Sequence record: MZ475893.1
Direction: 5' to 3' (one strand)
DNA length: 64,000 nt
Shown here in pieces: positions 9,893-18,666 of the stretch (its first letter is position 1; each line of letters begins with the position of its first letter). The notes under the pieces were generated by a model. The model saw only the letters and a list, made by a program, of their open reading frames with translations, had not been told where the DNA came from and searched no databases. The position numbers and the translations under genes were made by a program.

Positions 9893-10438
9893 ATGAAACA
9901 TCCTCAGCGCGTTGCTCATTTAGAGCATTGGTTGGAGGCGGGTCGTGCCGCTTTCACCATGGGTGTGCGTACACCAAATAAAGATGGCGTGGATCTGCTT
10001 GCTATTTTCCGTGCTGTGTCTCGTGGTACAAAAGACCAGTGCGCTGCATCAATCAAAAAGCAAACGGCAGAACTGATTGAAGACATTGAACGCGATGTGC
10101 CTGCCTTCAAAGTCATTCGTCGTCGCTTCCGCAAAGAGTTTTATCCGGACTACAACATACCAGCAGAAGTCGAGCTGTATGTTGCGCTTCTGGCCGAAAC
10201 GTTCGGCGACATTGTGCAGACGATGACGTACCTGCACCTTCGTCGCTGTGTCGATACTAAGGACCTGCTGCTTAACTGGCTGCCAAATGGCTATCCAGCT
10301 AAAGACGCTATGGGTCTCCTGTGGAACTTACAGAAAGTGCCTACCGAGAACGAGTTCATGTTCACAGGAAATGCGGTAGACTGCATACAATCTGTAAATG
10401 ACCTATACAACAAAATGTATAAGACAGGAGACAAGTAA
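9893..10438 (+). CDS. hypothetical protein
   Basis: 181 aa, AGGA RBS. Confidence 0.7.
   Translation: MKHPQRVAHLEHWLEAGRAAFTMGVRTPNKDGVDLLAIFRAVSRGTKDQCAASIKKQTAELIEDIERDVPAFKVIRRRFRKEFYPDYNIPAEVELYVALLAETFGDIVQTMTYLHLRRCVDTKDLLLNWLPNGYPAKDAMGLLWNLQKVPTENEFMFTGNAVDCIQSVNDLYNKMYKTGDK
10392..10399 (+). promoter_or_regulatory. CTGTAAAT motif
   Basis: 38 nt before ATG 10438. Confidence 0.5.
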
Positions 10439-11025
10439 TGGATTTATCTTCTATCGGCTATGCAAACAAACCATTTCGCGTTATCCCTGTTACTTCTGGT
10501 AATATCGTAACTGATTTCATTGCCGGAAAGTTTCAGGTGATTGGCGTTGAGTGTAATGCTCGTGGTGCGTATGGCTCGCCGATTCAACAAAGCATTGCAC
10601 GCCGCTTCCCTGACGTGTTGCAGAAGATGAACGCGCTCGACTACGACCACCAGAACTTCATGGGCAGCACGTTGATGCATCCTGTGCAGACTCAGCACCG
10701 TCGTCGTTTGTTTGTCGCTAACATGTTCCTTGCACGCGGCTTTGGGTTAGGCCAGAATCGCACTCAAAGTGAAGGTCCGATTAATCGTTTCAGTGAACGA
10801 CACTTGACGCAAGCCTTCGACAGTCTTGTTGATAGCTGTGCATCACTCAACATTAGTCTGGACCGCCAGATTGCTGTGCAGCGTTTCTACGGCGGTCTTG
10901 GTGGGGTATCTTGGGAAGAAGTATGTGAAGTGCTGGACGCTATTTGCGCCAAGCATAAATTCAACATGCTGGCTTATCTGCCTAAGAACTATAACTCTAA
11001 CTTTGTGCGGGGTTCTGCGCAATAA
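10438..11025 (+). CDS. macrodomain protein (Poa1p/DarG-like, ADP-ribose processing)
   Basis: GNIVTD, ECNARGAYGSPIQQSIARRFP (cf. NCxGxMGxGIA...FP), IAVQRFYGGLGGVSWEEV (cf. IAxPxIGxGLGGLxW). Confidence 0.7.
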   Translation: MDLSSIGYANKPFRVIPVTSGNIVTDFIAGKFQVIGVECNARGAYGSPIQQSIARRFPDVLQKMNALDYDHQNFMGSTLMHPVQTQHRRRLFVANMFLARGFGLGQNRTQSEGPINRFSERHLTQAFDSLVDSCASLNISLDRQIAVQRFYGGLGGVSWEEVCEVLDAICAKHKFNMLAYLPKNYNSNFVRGSAQ

Positions 11026-11037
11026 CTCTGGGGTGTA

Positions 11038-11373
11038 TTGATGAATACAATACGCGGTTTTGATTGGCTTTTTTATGAGGATGGCACCGACAGTGGCCAA
11101 CACTCTGTTTTAAATATCGTCTGTGATCCACAGACTAAATCAATGCAGGTAGAAGTTCGAAAGGGATGCGCCGCACCTGTAATTCAAGCAATTCAGGAAA
11201 ATGAAATCCTGTATGCTCAGACCGATGAAGGACTTTATCGAGTTCGTTATCGTTGTTCGTTTAAGCATCTTGCAGCGAACGCATTTCCTCCAGAGATGAC
11301 AGTGATCAAGTTGAAGTTGCTTGCACTCGACTTTCTTCCGGGCGTTACTACGCACGATAAACCTTTGGACTAA
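11038..11373 (+). CDS. hypothetical protein
   Basis: 111 aa ORF in operon. Confidence 0.65.
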   Translation: MMNTIRGFDWLFYEDGTDSGQHSVLNIVCDPQTKSMQVEVRKGCAAPVIQAIQENEILYAQTDEGLYRVRYRCSFKHLAANAFPPEMTVIKLKLLALDFLPGVTTHDKPLD

Positions 11374-11378
11374 CCGCC

Positions 11379-12101
11379 ATGATTACAGCGAAACACATTG
11401 AAAGCCGTTTAAGAACAATAGACTATACCAAGCCTAATCCTGATCGGGAAATGCTTGTGGCGCTTGTGTCTGATGGACGTTCTCGTATTTTGAAGACAGC
11501 ACAGATCGATGGTCTGTGTCCGCTGTCTGATAAGTATTTTGAGTTCTGCCTCAGCCAGGTCGGCTCTTTCTGCACGGCAGGTTACAACGCTGTGGAGATT
11601 GCAATGTCTATCGGTGTTCAGCCTATCTATGTCGCAGCGCACATCCATCTGCATGGCTGCGATTGGGCACACAGACTTTTAGGCTTGAAGCGATTTGCTG
11701 CGCTTGCTCGTGGTCCACATACTGTGTGGTCATCAGGTGAAGCGTGGTTCGCTTTGGGTGAATGCCAGCGCCGCTCTAAGCTGCACTATGGCACTTCAAG
11801 CGGGCAGGAAGCATTGCGCAAAGCAATCCAAAAAGCAGAGATGCCTTATGTGCTTGCTGCCGCTGTCACACATCCCCATCGTCTCATGAGCATTCTCCGT
11901 CCGCGTGATGGGCTGTTGTATCGTGACCCACGTATTGAGAAGACGCTGAAACAACGTGAGAAAGCCGCTGCTGATGCAAAGGCGGAAGGCCGTTCTGTGC
12001 TAACGACTGAGAAGCGTAGCGAGTACGGCGACATGGGTAAGTTGTTTAACGGTCATCTGTCGCGTGCTGACAAGACAGGTAACCCTCGCGTAACTGAATA
12101 A
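11379..12101 (+). CDS. hypothetical protein
   Basis: 240 aa ORF in operon. Confidence 0.7.
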   Translation: MITAKHIESRLRTIDYTKPNPDREMLVALVSDGRSRILKTAQIDGLCPLSDKYFEFCLSQVGSFCTAGYNAVEIAMSIGVQPIYVAAHIHLHGCDWAHRLLGLKRFAALARGPHTVWSSGEAWFALGECQRRSKLHYGTSSGQEALRKAIQKAEMPYVLAAAVTHPHRLMSILRPRDGLLYRDPRIEKTLKQREKAAADAKAEGRSVLTTEKRSEYGDMGKLFNGHLSRADKTGNPRVTE

Positions 12102-12111
12102 GGAACGTATC

Positions 12112-12492
12112 GTGGATAAGAATGAAATCACGTTGTTGATTGACAGTCTGAACGGCAATCGCAATTTCCCAATCGATCCAGAAGCTGCAATAGGCATGAC
12201 CCTTGAACAGTTCATCAAAACCAATGGGAACTTTGTGTTTCTCATGAATGATGCGCTCGTCCGTGACATGGTAAGTAAGCAGCATGAGTACGATCCAAAC
12301 TTCGTACCAGCTACTACTCTCGACGAAATCAACAACGGTCTTATGGGAACTTTCCACGGCGTCAATGTGTACAGCACTTGGGTGTATCGTGCTCCTGGGG
12401 ATCTGCCTGCGGAAGCGAAGCCTCGTTTCGGTATGTATCGCGCCGACCTAAAACAAATCTTCCCGTTGACTAAACATTTTATCGTAAAGTAA
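12112..12492 (+). CDS. hypothetical protein
   Basis: 126 aa, GTG start, AAGGA RBS. Confidence 0.65.
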   Translation: MDKNEITLLIDSLNGNRNFPIDPEAAIGMTLEQFIKTNGNFVFLMNDALVRDMVSKQHEYDPNFVPATTLDEINNGLMGTFHGVNVYSTWVYRAPGDLPAEAKPRFGMYRADLKQIFPLTKHFIVK

Positions 12493-12504
12493 AACTGTTT
12501 ACGG

Positions 12505-12510
12505 TAATTT
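12505..12510 (+). promoter_or_regulatory. TAATTT motif
   Basis: Intergenic, 33 nt before cmoA-like ATG. Confidence 0.35.
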
Positions 12511-12543
12511 CTGAAGGTCAATCAGAATAACGGAATCCTCATC

Positions 12544-13314
12544 ATGAGCAATATCGATACCACAATGCCTGAAGGCAAATGGGAGTTCAATGAGTCGGTT
12601 GCTTGCGTGTTTGATAACATGCTGCAAAACTCTATCCCGTCTTATGGCCGTATGCGTGACCTGACGTATCGTCTGGGTCGTCGCTTCGTAACCCCGGGTT
12701 CAGCTATCGTCGATCTCGGTGCTTCACTCGGCCGAGCTATCGAGCCGTTTGCAAAAGAGTTCGGCAAGTATGACTACCATCATGCTGCTGACGCTCCTGG
12801 CGAAGACTACGAAACAGGCAATCACTATAGCCTGTTCGAAGTAGCGCCTGCGATGCGTGAACGTCTGGTGCAGAATGAAGTGCTCAACTCAGTGAATGCC
12901 AAACTGGAAAGTGAATCGCTGGTAGATACTGACACGTTTATGTTCGACGGTCAGGTGCATTGCTCGTTGATTCTGAGTGTGCTAACTCTCCAGTTCACGC
13001 CGATTGAACATCGTCAACACATTCTGGAAAACGTGTACAACTCACTGCAACCAGGCGGCGCATTCATCCTCGTTGAGAAGGTGTTAGGCGATAACAACTA
13101 TCTCGACAAAATGCTGGTGGACACCTACTACCAAATGAAAGGCGGTAACGGTTACAGCGCCGAGTCGATTGCGACTAAACGTAAGTCACTGGAAGGTGTA
13201 CTCGTTCCTGTTAAAGCAGCGTGGAACGAAGAACTGTTGCGTAAAGCAGGCTTCGGTCAGGTAGAAAGTTTCTATCGCGACCTGAACTTCGCAGGATGGA
13301 TTGCTATTAAGTAA
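12544..13314 (+). CDS. cmoA: carboxy-S-adenosyl-L-methionine synthase (CmoA-like)
   Basis: WEFNESVACVFDNMLQNSIPSY, DLGASLG, TLQF, LQPGGAFILVEK, KRKSLEGVL (Arg aligning with E. coli R199), AGF...NF at C-terminus; collinear with E. coli CmoA along its length. Confidence 0.85.
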   Translation: MSNIDTTMPEGKWEFNESVACVFDNMLQNSIPSYGRMRDLTYRLGRRFVTPGSAIVDLGASLGRAIEPFAKEFGKYDYHHAADAPGEDYETGNHYSLFEVAPAMRERLVQNEVLNSVNAKLESESLVDTDTFMFDGQVHCSLILSVLTLQFTPIEHRQHILENVYNSLQPGGAFILVEKVLGDNNYLDKMLVDTYYQMKGGNGYSAESIATKRKSLEGVLVPVKAAWNEELLRKAGFGQVESFYRDLNFAGWIAIK

Positions 13315-13323
13315 GGAAATACT

Positions 13324-14586
13324 ATGAAAGTAAACGGGCGTATCTTAGCTATCGTCCCACACAAGACAATGCAAGACCGTACCAAGTCGGGTGTGGGTTC
13401 GTACATTGATGGACTAGAGGCATACGGCTTCTGCGACTTTATCACGGACGGAGAGAACAGCTCCGTTGCGAAAAGTCAGTGGTTCACTTACGGTGATACT
13501 ACTCTCAGTGACGGTTATAAGATAGGGCATATCCAGAGCGAGTTGCTGATTGCACTTGAGCGCTTGCCTTACCGTGCGATTATTTGCAGCACGTATGAGG
13601 CGATTGAAGCCTGCGTGTCTCTGGGACTGCCAAAGATTATGCCCGTTTACTATCGCACGCACAACAGCTTTTTGCTCACACAAGATCTCAAGGGTCTTGG
13701 TGCAGAGAAGATCCACCGTGCGTTGTTGCAAGCACGCGTCACAGGGCTGCGCATCCTTGCTAACTGTGATTCGACTGCGATCAATCTTGCTGAGCGCTAT
13801 AAGACGCCAGCACACGTTGCCTACAACTCGTTCTCGGTGCCTGACTACAACCCACCAGCTCGGCGTGTTCCCCAGCTGTTGATTATCTGTCGCTATGAGA
13901 AGGTCAAGCGCACGTTGTTTGCTGCGCGTATTGCTGCTGCCTCAGGATTACCCGTTCGTGTTATGACAGGCAGTGATCGTCAAGTACGCAATTGGGAGAA
14001 AGAGCTGGCTGAGGCGGGTGTCAAAGAATACACCGTCGTCAGTGGCCTTAGTGGTAAACAGAAACTCGAATTTATAGGCGCTTGCACAGTAGCCCTTTCT
14101 ACTGCGAGCGTTGAATCTTTTGCTAACGGTGTGCGTGAGTCTATCCCCTACTGTCCTACCTTTATCGTGCAAACATCCAAGTACGATTGGGCTAAGGACT
14201 ATACGCGCTTCTGTACTGCCGACAAGCATGTTCATATCAGAACTGTTGATCGCGTATCGGACCAAGCCGTAGCTGAAATCGGAAGTGAGATAGCGCGAGT
14301 TGCCACCACACGTTATCTGACAGGTCCGCAGCGTAAACAACTACTGACTGCTTGGGCAAAGCAAGTTGATCGTGGTTGGTCCGACTTTGTTCAGAAGGCT
14401 GTTGTTGACGATGACGGCAAGCCGCTGCGCACCGAGCTATATCAAGAACTGATCGACAAATCAGAAATCGATTGGTCACAAACGCCTACGCTAATGCGTA
14501 CTGTAAATGCGTTACATAAATGCCACGCTCGTTTGGGCCTGACATTTGATGGCACTAAAATCAAATATAAGAGGAAGCGCAAATGA
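13324..14586 (+). CDS. GT-B (GT4-like) glycosyltransferase
   Basis: N-terminal SGVGSY, ILANCDSTA, LLIICRYEKVKR, SVESFANGVRESI (cf. ExFGxxxxEA). Confidence 0.7.
   Translation: MKVNGRILAIVPHKTMQDRTKSGVGSYIDGLEAYGFCDFITDGENSSVAKSQWFTYGDTTLSDGYKIGHIQSELLIALERLPYRAIICSTYEAIEACVSLGLPKIMPVYYRTHNSFLLTQDLKGLGAEKIHRALLQARVTGLRILANCDSTAINLAERYKTPAHVAYNSFSVPDYNPPARRVPQLLIICRYEKVKRTLFAARIAAASGLPVRVMTGSDRQVRNWEKELAEAGVKEYTVVSGLSGKQKLEFIGACTVALSTASVESFANGVRESIPYCPTFIVQTSKYDWAKDYTRFCTADKHVHIRTVDRVSDQAVAEIGSEIARVATTRYLTGPQRKQLLTAWAKQVDRGWSDFVQKAVVDDDGKPLRTELYQELIDKSEIDWSQTPTLMRTVNALHKCHARLGLTFDGTKIKYKRKRK
14501..14508 (+). promoter_or_regulatory. CTGTAAAT motif
   Basis: 74 nt before ATG 14583. Confidence 0.4.
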
Positions 14587-15659
14587 GTGTTATCGGTGAT
14601 ATTTATAACATACCACAACCTTTCGCAATGTATGTCGGGAATTGTGAGACGCGTGCTCAAGCCAAAGTTGCTGCTGGTACAATCGAGTGGGCGCCAGAGA
14701 AAGTGTGCTGCACCGTAGATGATGGTAACAACCTGTTCCCCAACGTACCTTCAATCAACCCTGCTGACGTGCATAAGACAGATGCAGAAACTTTAGTGAT
14801 TGGCTGTGCACCTTTCGGCGGCCGCATTGACGAGCACATGGACAAAGCTATTCGTAGCGCTATCTATCGTGGACGCAACATTGCTGCTGCTATGCATACG
14901 CGCCTGGCGGATAATCCCGAATACGTTGAGCTGGCTGATCGCTACAACGTCAAGCTGTATGACTTCCGTCATCGTCCTGATGCGTACCCACTTGGTACCG
15001 GTGAGAAGCGTAGCGGTCTGCGTCTGTTAACTGTCGGTACTGATAGCTCCTGCGGCAAGAAGTTTACCACGCTATCTCTGTATCGTGAACTCAAGCGCAT
15101 CCACGCAGACACTGTGTTTTGCTCTACTGGGCAAACAGGCTTCCTGATTAGCGGTTGCGGTATCAACAACGACACGATTGTTGCTGACTTCCTCGCCGGT
15201 GCTGCTGAATCACTTTCGCCTGCTGGTCCTGCTGATCGTATCTATCTGATTGAAGGTCAAGGTGCTATCACTCACCCAGCATACACAGGCGGTAGCATGA
15301 GTCTGATTGCCGGCTCGCAGCCTGATCATCTCATCCTGTGCCACGCATGGAACCGTCAGAATCAGTTGGGCGTTAAGCGTAAGCCTGACCTTGATTTTGA
15401 GATGCGTGCTAATATTGAAGCGGCGCGTATTCACGGTCTCCACCCGACCTACATCGGTATCAGCATTAACTTCTCTGAGTGTGATTTGACACAGGACGAG
15501 CAAGATAAAATCCTGTACCAACTCGCATCAACGTATGAGATTCCCGTGTTCGACCCATCACAAGACACTTCTGTGTTGCGTGACCTCGCTCGTATGTTAG
15601 CAACTAAAGCCAAAGCAAGGAGCCTCGATGGCCAAGCATCCCCTGCGCAAGCTGTTTGA
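14583..15659 (+). CDS. DUF1611 family protein (P-loop fold; DgcN-like)
   Basis: LVIGCAPFGG, AAAMH, LTVGTDSSCGKKFT, STGQTG, ADFLAGAAE, IEGQGAITHPAY, GSQPDHLILCH. Confidence 0.85.
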   Translation: MSVIGDIYNIPQPFAMYVGNCETRAQAKVAAGTIEWAPEKVCCTVDDGNNLFPNVPSINPADVHKTDAETLVIGCAPFGGRIDEHMDKAIRSAIYRGRNIAAAMHTRLADNPEYVELADRYNVKLYDFRHRPDAYPLGTGEKRSGLRLLTVGTDSSCGKKFTTLSLYRELKRIHADTVFCSTGQTGFLISGCGINNDTIVADFLAGAAESLSPAGPADRIYLIEGQGAITHPAYTGGSMSLIAGSQPDHLILCHAWNRQNQLGVKRKPDLDFEMRANIEAARIHGLHPTYIGISINFSECDLTQDEQDKILYQLASTYEIPVFDPSQDTSVLRDLARMLATKAKARSLDGQASPAQAV

Positions 15660-16503
15660 ACAGCATGTGAAAAAAGAAGTGAAAGCAGACAAGGTAGCTG
15701 TGCTGCTTTCATCTGGCCTCGATGGTTTGGTCAGTGCGTTAGCTGCACACGATCTCGGTAAGAAGGTGCACGCCTTCACTTTCCAAATGGGTGACAACCC
15801 TAGCTTTGACAGTCGCCACGCACAGATTGTTGCGCAGAAGATGGGGTGGGAGTTCACTCTCGTTAAAGTTCCCACCAGCGTGTCTGCTATCGCATTAGCG
15901 TGGCGCGTGCTGCATTCCAAGTATCGCTGCATTAAGAAGCGTGACTACGAGTGTGCGTACCCTATGGTCTATTGCTACAAGGCAATCAAAGACGCTGGGT
16001 ACAAGTATGTGCTAAGCGGGCTGGTGGCCGATGGTTACTTCCTGTATAACCGTAACACGCATATTCAGAAAATCAGCGGGCCACACTCTGACGCTCAGAA
16101 GTATCATGAGTTCCGTACTCAATACTTTAGTCCGTGGCTTAAACACGGTAAGAAGTCTCTGGGCGTTGACGGGTATAACCCGAGCGGCATGTTGCAGCAT
16201 GAGATGTTGTGCGATAACTTCGGCCTGATTCACGTTAACCCGTGGATGCAAAACAAGGTGTTTGACTACTTCATCAAATACACTTGGCAGGAGTTGAATC
16301 AGCCTAAGCAGAAGATGCCACTAACCGAAGCGTGGGCAGAACACATTGCTCTTGTTGGTCATCGTCCACACAGGGGCTATCAGACAGAAGCCAAAGTGCC
16401 TGAATACTTTGAGCATCTGATCGAGAACCCTGAGATTAACTTCAACGGGCGCAAGCGCATCATGGACGTGGCACGCGACTGGTCCAAACGAGAGCCTGAA
16501 TAA
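15628..16503 (+). CDS. asparagine-synthetase-like ATP-dependent amide ligase, synthetase domain only
   Basis: PP-loop VAVLLSSGLDG, HAFTF, VLSGLVADGYF (cf. SGxGADE), NPW...QKMPL; no N-terminal Cys-glutaminase domain. Confidence 0.8.
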   Translation: MAKHPLRKLFEQHVKKEVKADKVAVLLSSGLDGLVSALAAHDLGKKVHAFTFQMGDNPSFDSRHAQIVAQKMGWEFTLVKVPTSVSAIALAWRVLHSKYRCIKKRDYECAYPMVYCYKAIKDAGYKYVLSGLVADGYFLYNRNTHIQKISGPHSDAQKYHEFRTQYFSPWLKHGKKSLGVDGYNPSGMLQHEMLCDNFGLIHVNPWMQNKVFDYFIKYTWQELNQPKQKMPLTEAWAEHIALVGHRPHRGYQTEAKVPEYFEHLIENPEINFNGRKRIMDVARDWSKREPE

Positions 16504-16758
16504 ATGCATCCTGTTATCACAGACTTTCTTGGGCCTATCGTTAAGCGGCTGGGCTTATTCACTGCTATATTCGGTTTTGTCGGCGTGCTGCTGTCTGTGA
16601 TCGCAGTGCTTGTGTGCCGCCCAGAAGTCCTTCAATACGAATACGATACTGTAAATAGACTTCGTACTGAGGGTATTGTATTCTTGGGTAAAGGCGCTCT
16701 CGTTTACATCGTAGGCGAGATACTTGAAGGCACGTTCAAGTGGAGAAAAGATGATTAA
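16504..16758 (+). CDS. small membrane protein
   Basis: 84 aa with two hydrophobic stretches. Confidence 0.6.
   Translation: MHPVITDFLGPIVKRLGLFTAIFGFVGVLLSVIAVLVCRPEVLQYEYDTVNRLRTEGIVFLGKGALVYIVGEILEGTFKWRKDD
16649..16656 (+). promoter_or_regulatory. CTGTAAAT motif
   Basis: 94 nt before ATG 16751. Confidence 0.35.
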
Positions 16759-17014
16759 CAAATTCGTGATGAAGAAGACTCCGACCATTGAAGCCTGTCA
16801 GTGGAATGGAGAGAACAAGGAAGAGATTGAAGCCTTCCTTGGCGATAGCGGATTCGTTGTTGGGCGTTACGTGCAGATTGGTGTTCTGGATAAATACCAG
16901 AAGCCAACTATTGCTAACGTAAGCGTAGGCAACTATGTGATCAAGCGCGATGATGGTAAGTTCTATGCCATTACTGCGCAAGATCTGTTTGAGAATTATG
17001 TATTAGCAGATTGA
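16751..17014 (+). CDS. conserved phage hypothetical protein
   Basis: IEACQWNGEN...VGNYVIKRDDGKFY...FENY pattern common in phage small proteins; GGAG RBS. Confidence 0.65.
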   Translation: MINKFVMKKTPTIEACQWNGENKEEIEAFLGDSGFVVGRYVQIGVLDKYQKPTIANVSVGNYVIKRDDGKFYAITAQDLFENYVLAD

Positions 17015-17021
17015 GGCCATA

Positions 17022-17474
17022 ATGAATCTGTTTTCTATTTTAAAACAGCAAGTGAAGAAATCCCTGACGACCGAAGCAACGCTTGAGCCAGAAGTGCGCA
17101 AACACTTTGACTGGCGTTTCAGTGTTGACGTCAAAGGTCTGATGTACATTGTAGGCAAGACAGGCGCTAACACCTGCTTCTATCTTGAGCCAGGTCACGT
17201 TGAGCCTACTGCCTGCTATCCTGATGAACTGCTTGCGAAGATTGATAGCTGGGGCGCTGCGAAGTACGTGTCCTACGCTGTCTACTTCAAGAAGTTCAGT
17301 AGCCCTGTAGCTGAGAACATCAAGACGCTTGAGCAGGCCAAGACAGGCAAGCCTAAAGCGTTTAAGAAAGGCTACTTTATCTGTGGCGTAACACCGAAAG
17401 GTAAGCGCGTCAAACTGTGTCGTCTGCACAACAGCCTAAGCGGTATGCAGTGGGTTGATGTAGACCAGAAGTAA
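17022..17474 (+). CDS. hypothetical protein
   Basis: 150 aa, GAGG RBS. Confidence 0.7.
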   Translation: MNLFSILKQQVKKSLTTEATLEPEVRKHFDWRFSVDVKGLMYIVGKTGANTCFYLEPGHVEPTACYPDELLAKIDSWGAAKYVSYAVYFKKFSSPVAENIKTLEQAKTGKPKAFKKGYFICGVTPKGKRVKLCRLHNSLSGMQWVDVDQK

Positions 17475-17488
17475 AACAAGGAGCATAT

Positions 17489-17809
17489 ATGATTAGCGAC
17501 ATTGACATTGGCCATTATTATTGTTCTGCGAGCGGTATACCGTTTCGCGTAAAAGAACGTGCAGCACACGGACAAGATTGTTCTCTGTCGATGATCGTAT
17601 TTGAGAACGTGGAGGCAACTAAGGATTACCCTGTTGGTCAAACTTGGGTGCTTCCAGAATCTCTGTTCGTGAAACAGTATTCCGAATTTACGGAAGGAAA
17701 GTATCATGAACGAAACAACGCTCTTAGAGCATCTGAAAACAAGACACTGGCAACCAGAGAAGCATTTCGGGTGGCTTTCGCCGAAGACCCTGACAGTGCC
17801 ACTGTATAG
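17489..17809 (+). CDS. DUF1653-like small beta-barrel protein
   Basis: GHYY...FRV...IVF...TWVLPESLF pattern; AAGGAG RBS. Confidence 0.5.
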   Translation: MISDIDIGHYYCSASGIPFRVKERAAHGQDCSLSMIVFENVEATKDYPVGQTWVLPESLFVKQYSEFTEGKYHERNNALRASENKTLATREAFRVAFAEDPDSATV

Positions 17810-18222
17810 CTTTGACCGACAGATGAGAGGCGTTCAAGTTTATACGCCTAGCGCACCGAAGAAAGACCCGAACCCTAAAGCGTGTCGTTACTTCACTCGC
17901 GTGTTCGGCGGCAAACAGTTGGTGTGGGGAACGGAAATTAGACCTATACGGGCCGACCGTTTTCTTAACTGAGTCTGTGTTTAAAGCGTGTGCGCTGCAT
18001 CGTCTCGGTCTCAATGCTTGGTCTGTTTTAGGCTCGAACGTGAGTGACTATTTATACCACCAGCTTAGTCTTCTTGACCTGCACTTTGTTTGTCTCGGGG
18101 ATGAGGATAAAGCTGGTGAGGAGTTCAGCCAGACGTTTGGTCGTGGTGCTGTTAGTGCCGACTTGGACGAGATGACTGATGAGCAGTTACTTGATTTAAC
18201 TCTACCACTATTAAGGAAATAG
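17706..18222 (+). pseudogene. TOPRIM (primase-like) protein split by a single-base frameshift
   Basis: Removing one A at 17935-17937 joins VWGTE to LDLYGPTVFLTESVFKA...LGDEDKAG (TOPRIM Glu and DxD). Confidence 0.65.
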
Positions 18223-18223
18223 G

Positions 18224-18652
18224 ATGGAACATAAAGTTGTCGTGCGTATTCTCGGACCTGTTGGCAGCGGTAAGTCTTCTGTTTACGCCAAGCTCGTTAA
18301 AGGTCTGACTGATACCGGCGCTATCATCAAACACGCAGATGAGCAGGCGTGGAAGATGTTGAACAACAGCGGCGAAGTAACTTCGGCCGACACGGTTCTC
18401 GATGAGTTCCGCACCGAAGTTACCTTCGAAGAAGTTGTGATTCGTGACGACTACACCAAGTCTAAGAATCAGATCATGCAGTTCTTCGCGTACTCGCATC
18501 TACCGCCTAACCTGCAAGCTGTAAGCAAACCGATTGCGTTGCTTGCTCAGGAGATGGACCAGAATCTTCCTGACGGTGCTGAGAAAGCCGCTGGTCTGCG
18601 TAAGCTGCTTGAAGCGAAAGACTGTCTGGTCCGTGCGCTGGTGGCTAAGTAA
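18224..18652 (+). CDS. P-loop-like N-terminus fused to helical-hairpin domain
   Basis: ILGPVGSGKS; C-terminal FFAYSHLPPNLQAVSKP...EKAAGLRKLLEAKDCLVRA. Confidence 0.7.
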   Translation: MEHKVVVRILGPVGSGKSSVYAKLVKGLTDTGAIIKHADEQAWKMLNNSGEVTSADTVLDEFRTEVTFEEVVIRDDYTKSKNQIMQFFAYSHLPPNLQAVSKPIALLAQEMDQNLPDGAEKAAGLRKLLEAKDCLVRALVAK

Positions 18653-18666
18653 TTCGGAGAGCAAAC

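Noticed and set aside
12544-13314. CmoA-like gene as a simple auxiliary tRNA-modification gene
   Set aside because: Disfavoured rather than excluded: no CmoB-like gene or tRNA in the window, and the neighbours plus the Arg-motif-X MTase point to DNA modification.
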